DNA of 64,000 bases from Verrucomicrobiota bacterium. Its GTDB lineage: Bacteria; Verrucomicrobiota; Lentisphaeria; Lentisphaerales; Lentisphaeraceae. The notes beneath the pieces were generated by a model. It ran no database searches. It saw only the letters and a list, made by a program, of their open reading frames with translations, and had not been told where the DNA came from. Shown piece by piece: positions 39,049 through 47,989 of the stretch; within the stretch, counting starts at the first letter, position 1, and each line of letters starts with the position of its first letter. The stretch spans positions 96,001 to 160,000 of the forward strand of contig JBDKFG010000001.1 in the NCBI GenBank assembly GCA_039798785.1, in the 5' to 3' direction. The translations under genes and the position numbers were made by a program.

Positions 39049-39597
39049 ATGATCACAGTACGCAATATCGACATCGCCGTCACCAGCAGCGGATTCCTGC
39101 TCACCTTGCAGGAGAATGAAGGGCGACCCGTCCTTCCCATCGGCGTCGGCATGGCTGAGGCCCAGGCGATCTCCCTCGCCCTCAGCGGCTCCAAGGCCGA
39201 GCGCCCCCTCACTCAAGATCTTCTCCATCAAGTGGTGCGGAGTCTGGGGGCGCAGGTCACTGCGACCTTGATCCGCCGTTACGACCGAGGCATTTACTAC
39301 GCCGAGCTGCAGCTCGACACTCCTGCAGGCCGCCTCAGCCTCGACTGCCGCCCCTCCGACGCCATCGGCCTCGCCCTGCGCTGCCGCGCCCCGGTGTTCG
39401 TCTCCGCCGAAGTGATGGCGAAATGCGGCGTCTGCTGCGGCCAGCCGCCCTCCACTGCGGGCCTGCCTGAGGCCTTCGAGCCGGCGGCGCCGTCCGAAAA
39501 CAGCCTCGAATCGCGGCTGAGGAAGGCGGTGGCTGCCGAGAACTTCGAGCTCGCCGCGCGGCTGCGCGACGAGATCTCCCAAGAACGCCGCCGCTGA
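39049..39597 (+). CDS. Bifunctional nuclease family (DUF151) protein with a C-terminal UVR motif
   Basis: LPIGVGMAEAQAI, RPLTQDL, GIYYA, DCRPSDAIGLA, AVAAENFELAARLRDEI. Confidence 0.9.
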   Translation: MITVRNIDIAVTSSGFLLTLQENEGRPVLPIGVGMAEAQAISLALSGSKAERPLTQDLLHQVVRSLGAQVTATLIRRYDRGIYYAELQLDTPAGRLSLDCRPSDAIGLALRCRAPVFVSAEVMAKCGVCCGQPPSTAGLPEAFEPAAPSENSLESRLRKAVAAENFELAARLRDEISQERRR

Positions 39598-39599
39598 GC

Positions 39600-40235
39600 A
39601 TGCAGATGAATTTCCGTGTCTTCAACTTTCCTGTGACGATCGAGCCGATGTTCTGGATCGTCTCCCTTCTTTTCGGCCTGATGGCCGGACTTTCACCTGT
39701 CTTCCTTCTGCTTCTGATCGCCGCGATGTTCATCGGCGTCCTGGTGCATGAGTTGGGCCATGCCTTCACGGCGAGAAGATACGGAGGCAGGGAGACCTCC
39801 ATCCTGCTGCACGGCTTCGGTGGTACCACCACCTGGCACCCCAGCCGCCGGCTCACCTGGAAGGAAAGCTTCCTGGTCGCTGTCAGCGGGCCCTTCCTCG
39901 GTTTCGTCCCCGGCCTGATCGCCTTCGTCGTCCTCAGCCTCTTCAGTCGCGAAAGCCTCGGCCCGGCGCTGGTGTTTTTCCTCAAGGTGGTCTACTTGAT
40001 CTCGATCATCTGGGGACTGATCAATCTCGTGCCGCTCCGCCCGATGGACGGCTTCCAGGCTTTGGGCAGCCTGCTGAGCCGCAAGCGTTCTCATCCGCCG
40101 GCCTGGCTCGAAGGGGTCTCCGTCGCTTCCGGCATACTCCTCGTCCTCGCTGCTTTGCATTTCCGCTACTTCTTCGCCGCCATCCTCTTCGGGTACTTCA
40201 CCTGGCTGTCGTTCCGGCAAATGCGTCATGATTGA
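39600..40235 (+). CDS. Site-2 protease family (M50) membrane metalloprotease
   Basis: HELGH, FGG, SGP, NLVPLRPMDG and several TM segments. Confidence 0.88.
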   Translation: MQMNFRVFNFPVTIEPMFWIVSLLFGLMAGLSPVFLLLLIAAMFIGVLVHELGHAFTARRYGGRETSILLHGFGGTTTWHPSRRLTWKESFLVAVSGPFLGFVPGLIAFVVLSLFSRESLGPALVFFLKVVYLISIIWGLINLVPLRPMDGFQALGSLLSRKRSHPPAWLEGVSVASGILLVLAALHFRYFFAAILFGYFTWLSFRQMRHD

Positions 40236-40301
40236 GTCATCAGGAACGCGGGACGTGAAATTGATTCTAGAGTAGCCTCACCACAGCGAGGATACATCCC
40301 T

Positions 40302-41663
40302 ATGAAATTCGTCTCCACCCGCGGCAGCGCCGCCCCCCGCAGCTTCAGCGAAATCGCTCTCGAGGGCATGGCCCCGGACGGCGGTCTCTACGTCCCTGAA
40401 ACGATTCCCGATTTCCGCCCGCTCCTGCCGTCCCTGATCGGACTCTCCTGGGAGGATCTGGCGCTGAAAGTGATGCATGCCTACGCTGACGACTTGAGTG
40501 AAGCGGAACTGCGCGCCCTGATCCGCCAGGCCGCCGCCAGCTTCGCGACGCCGGTGGTCACTCCACTGGTTGACATCGGCCCCTGCCGCGTCCTCGAGCT
40601 TTTCCATGGACCCACCCTCGCCTTCAAGGATGTCGCACTGCAGTTCCTCGGCGCTCTTTTCGAGTTCCTCCTCGCCCGCAGCGGCGGGCGACTCAACATC
40701 GTCGGGGCCACCTCTGGCGACACCGGATCGGCCGCGATTTCCGCCCTCCGGGGGCGCCCCCGCATCGGCGTCACCATCCTCCATCCCGAAGGCCGCACTT
40801 CGCCCTTGCAGCGCCGCCAGATGACGACGGTGCTCGACGCGAACATCCACAACCTCTCGGTGCAAGGCAGCTTCGATGATTGCCAGTCTCTGGTGAAGAG
40901 CTTGATGAATGATCTCGAATTCAAGGAGAGGCACCAGCTAGGAGCGATCAACTCGGTCAACTTCGCCCGGATCCTGGCGCAGATCGTCTATTACTTCTCG
41001 GCCTGGAGCCAGGCAGGCGGCAAGGCCTTGAGCTTCGTCGTCCCGACCGGCAATTTCGGCGATATCTATGCCGGCTATCTCGCCGCCCGCATGGGCCTGC
41101 CGGTGCGTAAACTGGTGCTCGCCAGCAATGCCAACGACATCCTGCCGCGCTTCTTTCAGACCGGCGACTACCGCCGCGGCCAGGTGCATCACACCGCTTC
41201 GCCGTCGATGGACATCCAGGTCGCTTCGAACTTCGAGCGCTATCTCTGGCACCTGCAGGGAGGTGAGGCCACCCGCGATCTGCTCGAAGGGTTTGGTCGC
41301 GACGGCTCCTTGCGGATTGCCCAGCCTGATCCCGCGGGCCTCTTCGCCGCCGTCGCCTGCGATGACGAGGCAACCCTCGCAGCGGTCAAGTCCGCTCATG
41401 CACTCTCCGGTGGCTATGTTCTCGATCCACACACCGCCACCGCCTGGCATGCGGCGCAAAAAACAGGTCTCCTCGGCCCTGACTGCGTCCTCCTCGCCAC
41501 GGCGCACCCGGCGAAATTTCCCGAGACCGTCCGCCAGGCTTTGCCCGGCGTCCATCCTCGACACGAGATTCTGGATCGCCTCGAGAGCCTCCCCGAACGA
41601 TGCTCTCGCCTTGCCAACGACTTGTCCGCCCTGAAGGATTGCGTCAGCCGCAATGCGGTGTGA
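40302..41663 (+). CDS. thrC: Threonine synthase
   Basis: STRG, APDGGLYVP, ELFHGPTLAFKD, GATSGDTGSAA, NSVNFARI, VPTGNFG, ATAHPAKF. Confidence 0.97.
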   Translation: MKFVSTRGSAAPRSFSEIALEGMAPDGGLYVPETIPDFRPLLPSLIGLSWEDLALKVMHAYADDLSEAELRALIRQAAASFATPVVTPLVDIGPCRVLELFHGPTLAFKDVALQFLGALFEFLLARSGGRLNIVGATSGDTGSAAISALRGRPRIGVTILHPEGRTSPLQRRQMTTVLDANIHNLSVQGSFDDCQSLVKSLMNDLEFKERHQLGAINSVNFARILAQIVYYFSAWSQAGGKALSFVVPTGNFGDIYAGYLAARMGLPVRKLVLASNANDILPRFFQTGDYRRGQVHHTASPSMDIQVASNFERYLWHLQGGEATRDLLEGFGRDGSLRIAQPDPAGLFAAVACDDEATLAAVKSAHALSGGYVLDPHTATAWHAAQKTGLLGPDCVLLATAHPAKFPETVRQALPGVHPRHEILDRLESLPERCSRLANDLSALKDCVSRNAV

Positions 41664-41684
41664 AACTGCCGTCCGTATGCAATG

Positions 41685-41719
41685 GCAAAGCCCCCGGCCA
41701 TCGCGGCCGGGGGCTTTGC
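41685..41719. terminator. Bidirectional terminator-like hairpin
   Basis: GCAAAGCCCCCGGCC-ATCGC-GGCCGGGGGCTTTGC, a 15-bp stem between convergent genes. Confidence 0.75.
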
Positions 41720-41735
41720 TTGCGCGAAACGTTTG

Positions 41736-43739
41736 TTATACGAAGTCCGAGACGGGGGGGATTTCTTCGGCGCTGTCATCCCCGTAGAAGTGGAGGTAGA
41801 TCTCAAGAGAACCAATGCTGTGCATCTGAAGCTCTCCTCCTAGGCTGCTGTAGACCGTGCCTTCCGAGCCGATGAGGTCGCGCAGTTCTAAGGTGCTGCT
41901 GCTGTTGAGAAGGATGTGGAATTCCGTGGCTGCGGAACCGGCGACGGATTGGATGTCGGCGGAGTTGAGGCTGTGGGTCGCCTCGGCAACGTCTTCGAGA
42001 TCGAGCGCTTCGAGATTCTGGAGCTTCAGGCGGGCGACGTTGAATTCTTCGGCAGAGACAGTGCCGAGCACCATGAAGCCGTCGACGCCGGCGCCGAAAT
42101 CGATCAGGGCATTGCTCGCCAGCATGCCAAGGTTGCCGATCCGCAATTCGTCATTGCCCGCGCCGAAGGAAAGGCGGCCGGCGAGAGTGTCGACGATTTC
42201 GACTTCGTCATCGCCTTTGCCGAGGCTGACGCTGGCCGAGGCCGAGCCGTAGCTCAGGCTCACCCAGGCTTCGCCGGCGATGCTGAGGAGGTCGCTGCCG
42301 CTTTCAAAGGCGATATAGCCGTCGCAGTCGCCAGCGACGCTCATCGCGTCATCTCCGGCGCCCAGCCAGACTATAGCGCCATCGAGCTCGCCTTTGACCG
42401 CCAGCTTGTCATTGCCTCCCTGGAGGCGGCACTGGTAGGTGAAGTCGCCGTTGATGGTCACGGTGTCGATTCCTTCGCCGCCTTCGATCCAGCCGAACAT
42501 GTCGCCTTTGATCAGCAGGCTGTTGTCGCCGTCGCCGAGATCGATGGCGCCTTGGTTGCCGAGGTCTTCGTTGTCGATGCTGGTGTCGCCGGAATCGCCG
42601 TTGATGACGATGCTGTCGTTGTCGAGGCCGGCGAAGATCCAGCCGCGGTTGTCGCCGCCGAGGGTGATCTTGTTGCTGCCGTCGCCGAGATCGATGCCGC
42701 CGATGTTGTGACGGCCGATGCTGACCGTGTCATTGCCGTGACCGAGGTTGGCATGGGTGTCGAAGCTGTTGGCGTCGAGACTGTTCATTGCGACGTCCTC
42801 GGACATGTCGATGCCGATGAAATCACGCTTGATGGAGAGAATGTCGTTGCCGTCGCCGAGATCGAGCATGCCGCGGGCATCCTGCCCGATCGTGACTTTG
42901 TCGTCGCCGCTGCTGCTTTCGATGCGGCCGTAGAGGCTCTTGCCGATGCTGACGGTGTCGGCTCCGATGTCGGTGATGATCGTCGCGGAGGCATGACCTT
43001 TGATCGAGATGCTTTTGGCCTCGTTGGCAGCGATCTCGCCACTGCCGCTCAGGATTCCGCCTTCGAAGTTGCGATTGAAGATGACTACGTCTTTGCCCAG
43101 GCCGAGGTCGATGCCGGCCTCGACGTTGCCTTGGATGGTGAGTTTGTCGATGCCCGAGCCGCCGAGGATGTTGATCACCGGGTCGCCGTTGTCGTCTTCG
43201 CTTTCGGCGCTGAAGACGCCGCTGATGCTGAGGGTGTTGTTGCCCTCGCCGAGATTGATGCTGGAATCCCAGAGGGTGATGGTGGAGCTGAAACGGTCGT
43301 CGCCGTCACCGAGGTCGATCTCGGCGCCGGCCACCACTCCCTTGGTGATCGAGAAGGAGTCGTTGCCGGCTCCGGTGCTGGCCTTGCCGCCGAAGAAGCC
43401 ACCCTTGATGCTGACGCTGTCGGCGTCGTCACCGGTGTCGAGCAGCCCCTGGAAGGCCTTGCTGATGGTGACGCTGTCGGTGCCTGCGCCGAGATCGAAC
43501 TTGATCATCGAGCCGATGGCGCCGTTGAGGATGAGCGTGTCTTTCAGGCTGCCGCCGTAGACGATCCGTTCGGACGGCACTTCGGGATCGGCCTGGTAGG
43601 CGAGCAGGAAGCTGTTGACGGTGATGGTGTGGACGGCGTCGATGACGCTCGGATTGATGTCCCGCTTGAGGAAATTGCCGTCGATGTCGTCACTGGTGAA
43701 GATCTGGCTGTCGTAGGTGAAGATGGCGGGCATGGTCAT
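41736..43739 (-). CDS. RTX-like Gly/Asp-rich repeat protein, paralog 2
   Basis: IDLGxGxD/N repeats. Shares GGSL.DTL.L, IKGGFFGG and IDFGAGVD..L.NLE with 34869-36908. Confidence 0.82.
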   Translation of the reverse strand: MTMPAIFTYDSQIFTSDDIDGNFLKRDINPSVIDAVHTITVNSFLLAYQADPEVPSERIVYGGSLKDTLILNGAIGSMIKFDLGAGTDSVTISKAFQGLLDTGDDADSVSIKGGFFGGKASTGAGNDSFSITKGVVAGAEIDLGDGDDRFSSTITLWDSSINLGEGNNTLSISGVFSAESEDDNGDPVINILGGSGIDKLTIQGNVEAGIDLGLGKDVVIFNRNFEGGILSGSGEIAANEAKSISIKGHASATIITDIGADTVSIGKSLYGRIESSSGDDKVTIGQDARGMLDLGDGNDILSIKRDFIGIDMSEDVAMNSLDANSFDTHANLGHGNDTVSIGRHNIGGIDLGDGSNKITLGGDNRGWIFAGLDNDSIVINGDSGDTSIDNEDLGNQGAIDLGDGDNSLLIKGDMFGWIEGGEGIDTVTINGDFTYQCRLQGGNDKLAVKGELDGAIVWLGAGDDAMSVAGDCDGYIAFESGSDLLSIAGEAWVSLSYGSASASVSLGKGDDEVEIVDTLAGRLSFGAGNDELRIGNLGMLASNALIDFGAGVDGFMVLGTVSAEEFNVARLKLQNLEALDLEDVAEATHSLNSADIQSVAGSAATEFHILLNSSSTLELRDLIGSEGTVYSSLGGELQMHSIGSLEIYLHFYGDDSAEEIPPVSDFV

Positions 43740-43895
43740 TCTCCGTGTTTGTGGTTGCAGGCACTTCCTGCAAGCATTATAGGACTCGCGAAGAGAGAAA
43801 GCAAGAAGATGTTCTTGATTGGTGTGTAAAGTATTCAGCCGGAAACTTTTGTGGTTTCCGGTTGAATCGAGGGATGGAGGAATGGAGAGGTTGCG

Positions 43896-46442
43896 TCAGT
43901 CGATGATTTCGTTGAGGGTGTACCAGCCGTGGTCGGAGGAGACCGGGCGGCCCCGGGCGTCCTTAAGGCCGGGGAGGGAGAAGGCATAGCAGCGGCGCTT
44001 GACCAGTTCCGGCAGGGCGACGAAGACACTCTTGCCATCGGCAGCGAGGGTGACGCTGCTGGGCTCGACCTTGGTGGTTCCGACCTTGGGCGATCCGTAG
44101 GTGGGCCAGAAGTTGTAGGTCCAATGGCTGACCTTGAGGTCCTGTGGCCTGGGCGCCTCTTTCAGGGGCGCGGTGAAGCTGATCCGGAAGCCGCCCTTCT
44201 CGTGGGTGATGGCCTGGATGCAGAAGGGGGTGGTCTGGGCGTCCCATTTGATGTGCTGCACGGCGAAGGGCAGGTCGCCGATGGAATCCCAGCCGCGCGA
44301 GGTGGCGCAAGTCCACATCGAGCCGTCGGGAGCGAAGGCGAGGCGGATGAGTCCGCAACGCAGGGGGCGGATGAAGTCGATGGCGCAGCCCTGCCAGACG
44401 CCCTTGACGTGCTGCAGCTGGCAGCGGAAGACGTTGGACTGGGTCTGGTCGCAGGCGAAGATCTGCCCGGCGAAGGGGCCGAACTTGCCGCCGGTGGCGT
44501 CGTAGACGACGTTGCCGGGGGAGTTGCCGAGTTCGACGTGGGGGATGAAGACCGCCGGCGGCACGCGCTTCTCGGCCCATTCCTTCAGCGGCACCTGGTC
44601 GAGATCCTTGCCGTGATAGTCGGGGTGGTCGGCCATGCCGGCGGGGTGGCCGTGGAAGCTGCCTCTCTCGGCCACCGCGAGGTAGGAGGTGGGCATCCAG
44701 TCGCCCTGGTTGTCGAGGAAGAGCAGGTGGCCGTCGGGGGTCATGCCGGTGCCGGCGGGCGAGCGCAGGCCCCAGGCGAAGGTCTCATATTTGCCTTCAG
44801 GAGACAGGCGGTAGGCGGTGCCGCGTTTGAGGCCCGGCACGGCGCTCATGCAGGAGCCGCGCACCGGCTTGAAGGAATCGTGGCCGAGGTTGAGAGTGCC
44901 GTAGACCGAGCCGTCGGGGCCTATCTCGGGGCCGAAGTGGAATTCATGGTAGTTGCCGGAGATGCCCCATCCGGCGGTGAGGGTGCGGAAGGAGTCGGCG
45001 CGGCCGTCGCCATCCTCGTCCTTCAGCGCGGTGAGCTCGGGCTTCTGGGCGATCCACAGCTCTCCCTTGTCCTCCTTCCACAAGAGGCCGCAGGGCTCGT
45101 GCAGGCCCTCGGCGTAGAGCTGCCAGGAGCCGTCCGCCACTCGCTTCCACACCTCGCCCTCGCGGGAACAGACGAAGACCTCGCCGCGCGGCGTCACCGC
45201 CAGCCCCGCGGTCTGGAGGGGGCGGCCGGGCGGCAGCGGGATGGTCTCCACCGAGTAGCCCTCGGGAAGTAGCGCCGGCCTTGGCTCCTTGTCGTAGGGC
45301 TGGCCCTGGACCGTCGCCGCCGCCGCGGCGAGCGCCGAGGGAGGCGTGCTGATCGCGGCGATGTCGAGGCCGCTCTTGTCGGCCTTGGCGGAGAGCTGCA
45401 CCCAGGCCTCGCCGAACTGCACCGCCACGTTTTCGCCGACGATGCGGTAGCCGCGGAACTCGCCCTTCACGGGAAGGGCGACGGCGAGCTTTTCGACCGC
45501 CTCGGCGGCGGGCAGGGCCGGCGACTGGCCGCGGCCGCTGCGCGGCGGAGCGACGTCGATGAACTTGCCGATCCAGCTGTGGGTGATCTCGCCATGCTCG
45601 GTGTCGAGCACTGCGTTGACGCCGCCGGGGAAGCCGAGCATCAGGCTGCGGGGCGACTTCTGCCCTTTGACGTTGCCGCGGTAGACCTGGGCGCGGTTCT
45701 CGGCGGCGATGATCACCGGCTCGGGGCCGCGGGCGCCCTTGAGCGGGGCGCTGAGCCATTCGGAAACGCCTTGGCCGGAGAGGTGAAGCCCCAGGACGTC
45801 TTCCCCGCCGCCTTGCATGTGGGTGAGGGTGAAGCTGTGCTCGCCGGCTGCGAGCTTGACCTTGCCGCTGCGGCCGCGGGCGGGGTGGATGCCGTCGTCG
45901 TTGACCACCGTCTTGCCGTCGACTTCCAGGCGTCCGGCGTCATCGGAGTGGACTTCGAGGCGGTATTCCCCTTCCTTGGCGATCAACAGCTTGCCGGTGA
46001 AGACGATGAGGTAGTCCTTGCGGTCCTCGACCATCGAGAGGTCAAGAAGGGCTTGCACCTTGCCCGACTTGACCGGGGTGAGCCTGGCGGCATCGGGAAT
46101 CTTCTCCCAGGAGCCTTTGTAGATCTTGTATTCGACATCGCTCAGGCCCTGCTGGCGGGCGAGGATGAAATCGATGAGCTGCTGCTTCTGGGCTTCCGGG
46201 AGCATCGGGCCGAAGCCAGGCATGCCTTTGGCCGGGAAGCCCTCGTTGATCGACTTGAGGAGGGCCTCGCGGCTGGAGCCGTGCAGCCACACCGAGTCCG
46301 TGAGCTTCGGGCCGGTGGCGCCTTCCAGCTGCTTGCCGTGGCAGCTCACGCAAAAGCTTTCGTAGGTCTTGGCGGCGGGATGGGGCTGAGGCGCTTCTGC
46401 AGGAGCGGCCTGGGCGAGAGCAAGGGCGGCGAACAGGGACAT
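43896..46442 (-). CDS. Exported cytochrome c + PA14 + beta-propeller protein (PVC-style dehydrogenase-like)
   Basis: Signal peptide, heme motif CVSCH with distal MP, PA14-like G.Y...V.SDD...L.VDG, and propeller motifs GLHEPCGL, D.DGDGRAD, NYHEF, GLRSP, DNQGDW. Confidence 0.82.
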   Translation of the reverse strand: MSLFAALALAQAAPAEAPQPHPAAKTYESFCVSCHGKQLEGATGPKLTDSVWLHGSSREALLKSINEGFPAKGMPGFGPMLPEAQKQQLIDFILARQQGLSDVEYKIYKGSWEKIPDAARLTPVKSGKVQALLDLSMVEDRKDYLIVFTGKLLIAKEGEYRLEVHSDDAGRLEVDGKTVVNDDGIHPARGRSGKVKLAAGEHSFTLTHMQGGGEDVLGLHLSGQGVSEWLSAPLKGARGPEPVIIAAENRAQVYRGNVKGQKSPRSLMLGFPGGVNAVLDTEHGEITHSWIGKFIDVAPPRSGRGQSPALPAAEAVEKLAVALPVKGEFRGYRIVGENVAVQFGEAWVQLSAKADKSGLDIAAISTPPSALAAAAATVQGQPYDKEPRPALLPEGYSVETIPLPPGRPLQTAGLAVTPRGEVFVCSREGEVWKRVADGSWQLYAEGLHEPCGLLWKEDKGELWIAQKPELTALKDEDGDGRADSFRTLTAGWGISGNYHEFHFGPEIGPDGSVYGTLNLGHDSFKPVRGSCMSAVPGLKRGTAYRLSPEGKYETFAWGLRSPAGTGMTPDGHLLFLDNQGDWMPTSYLAVAERGSFHGHPAGMADHPDYHGKDLDQVPLKEWAEKRVPPAVFIPHVELGNSPGNVVYDATGGKFGPFAGQIFACDQTQSNVFRCQLQHVKGVWQGCAIDFIRPLRCGLIRLAFAPDGSMWTCATSRGWDSIGDLPFAVQHIKWDAQTTPFCIQAITHEKGGFRISFTAPLKEAPRPQDLKVSHWTYNFWPTYGSPKVGTTKVEPSSVTLAADGKSVFVALPELVKRRCYAFSLPGLKDARGRPVSSDHGWYTLNEIID

Positions 46443-46571
46443 GGCGGATCTCCTCGGGTGATGCCTAAAGATATCTCTTAGTCACCTGGGGAATTTCAAT
46501 GTTTCCACAAGGCTAGTGCCGTGGCCTCTCAATTTGTTATCCCTTATGAACCTTGGGATTTCTTTGTGGAA

Positions 46572-47786
46572 TCAGCTCAAGTCGAGCAGATGGCGGCGGA
46601 GAGAGTCGAGACCGAGGGTCACGGCCTGGCTGCGGATGTCTTTGCGCTCGCCGCGAAGCTGGAGCAGGCGGCTGCGGATGCCGTTGGGGGCGATGGTGGC
46701 GATCCAGACGGTGCCGACCGGCTTCTCCGGGCTGCCTCCTCCAGGACCGGCGACGCCGGTGCTGACCACGCCGCAATCGGCGAAACGCCGCAGCCCGGCG
46801 GCGAGGGCCTGGGCGGTGGCTTCCGAAACGGCGCCGTGGAGGGCAATGGTTTCCTGCGGCACTTGCAGCAGAGATTGCTTCCACTCGTTGGCATAGCAGA
46901 CTATGCCTCCGACAAAGACTTCGGAGGCTCCGGGCACATCGGTGAGAGCGGCCGAGATCAGGCCGCCGGTGCAGGATTCGGCGCTGGCGAGGCGGAGACG
47001 GTGGCGGCGCGCCAAGGCGAGACAATCGGAGGCCGGGGAAGCTTGCTCCAAGGCGTCGTGGCCGAAGAGCTGGCGAGCTCGAGCCGCCGCTGCAGCGAGC
47101 TCGTCTTCGCGCCCGGCGGGAAGGGAAAGGGTGACCCTCACTGCCCCCAAGGAGGCGCACCAAGCCGGCAGCAGCTCTGGGAATTCCTGCAGGAGGGGAC
47201 GGGTTCGCAATTCGACTTCCGATTCGCGTAGACCGCAAGTGTGGATCACGGCGCTGCGGAGGCGGGGGGGGAACTCCATCAGGAGGCGGGGGAGGAGGCC
47301 GTCGCGCAGCATCGGAAGGAATTCACGCGGCGGACCGGGGAGGAGGGCGATGCGGCTGCGGCCCGAAAGCAATAACAGGCCGGGGGCGAGGCCGGGGACA
47401 TTCGGGATCTTGACCGCGCCGCGGATCCACTCCGCCTGGCGGACGATGTGCTCTTCGGAATGAGTTCTCCCGCTCAGGCGCTGGCGGATTTCGGCGAGAG
47501 TTTCGGGACAGGTGAAAAGCTCGAGCCCGAGGCTTTGGGCGACGGCGGCGCGGGTCAGGTCGTCGGCGGTGGGGCCTAGGCCGCCGCAGAGGAGGATGAG
47601 CTCCGCTTCTTCGGTCAGTGCCCGTCCGAGGGCGGCCTGGATCGCCGCGAGGCGGTCGGGCACGCATTCACTGCGGTCGAGGGTCCAGCCGCAGGCGGCA
47701 AGTTCCCGTCCGAGTCCGGTCTGGTTGCTGTTGGTGGTCTGGCCGTTGAGCAATTCCGAGCCGGTGAAGAGGGCGATGGCTTTCAT
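46572..47786 (-). CDS. cinA: CinA family protein (MoCF-like domain plus NMN deamidase PncC domain)
   Basis: GSELLNG, GGLGPTADDLT, LPGPPRE, AESCTGG, GAVS, TGVAGPGGG..KPVGTV. Confidence 0.93.
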   Translation of the reverse strand: MKAIALFTGSELLNGQTTNSNQTGLGRELAACGWTLDRSECVPDRLAAIQAALGRALTEEAELILLCGGLGPTADDLTRAAVAQSLGLELFTCPETLAEIRQRLSGRTHSEEHIVRQAEWIRGAVKIPNVPGLAPGLLLLSGRSRIALLPGPPREFLPMLRDGLLPRLLMEFPPRLRSAVIHTCGLRESEVELRTRPLLQEFPELLPAWCASLGAVRVTLSLPAGREDELAAAAARARQLFGHDALEQASPASDCLALARRHRLRLASAESCTGGLISAALTDVPGASEVFVGGIVCYANEWKQSLLQVPQETIALHGAVSEATAQALAAGLRRFADCGVVSTGVAGPGGGSPEKPVGTVWIATIAPNGIRSRLLQLRGERKDIRSQAVTLGLDSLRRHLLDLS

Positions 47787-47797
47787 GGGTGGGGCTC

Positions 47798-47875
47798 GGG
47801 TTGAAGGGTTGAAGGGGTGAAGGGGTGAAGGGGTGAAGGGGTGAAGGGGTGAAGGGGTGAAGGGGTGAAGGTGAA
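47798..47875 (+). repeat. Octamer tandem repeat (GGGTTGAA)2(GGGGTGAA)7GGTGAA
   Basis: Counted directly. Ends 11 nt upstream of the cinA start codon. Confidence 0.95.
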
Positions 47876-47989
47876 GCGAAACCTGGGTCTCTGGTCAATA
47901 TGTTCTGCTGCGCGGCTGCTCAACCTTTCAACCCGGTTCCATTCCGCTGCTGCGGAATTTAGGTTCAACCTTATTGAACCCGGTTTTTT

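Noticed and set aside
47783..47968. Small ORFs encoding FTPSPLHP repeats
   Set aside because: They are simply translations of the octamer tandem repeat.
47798..47988. CRISPR array
   Set aside because: The octamers have no spacers, the longer head motif occurs only twice here and imperfectly, and no cas genes are present in the window.
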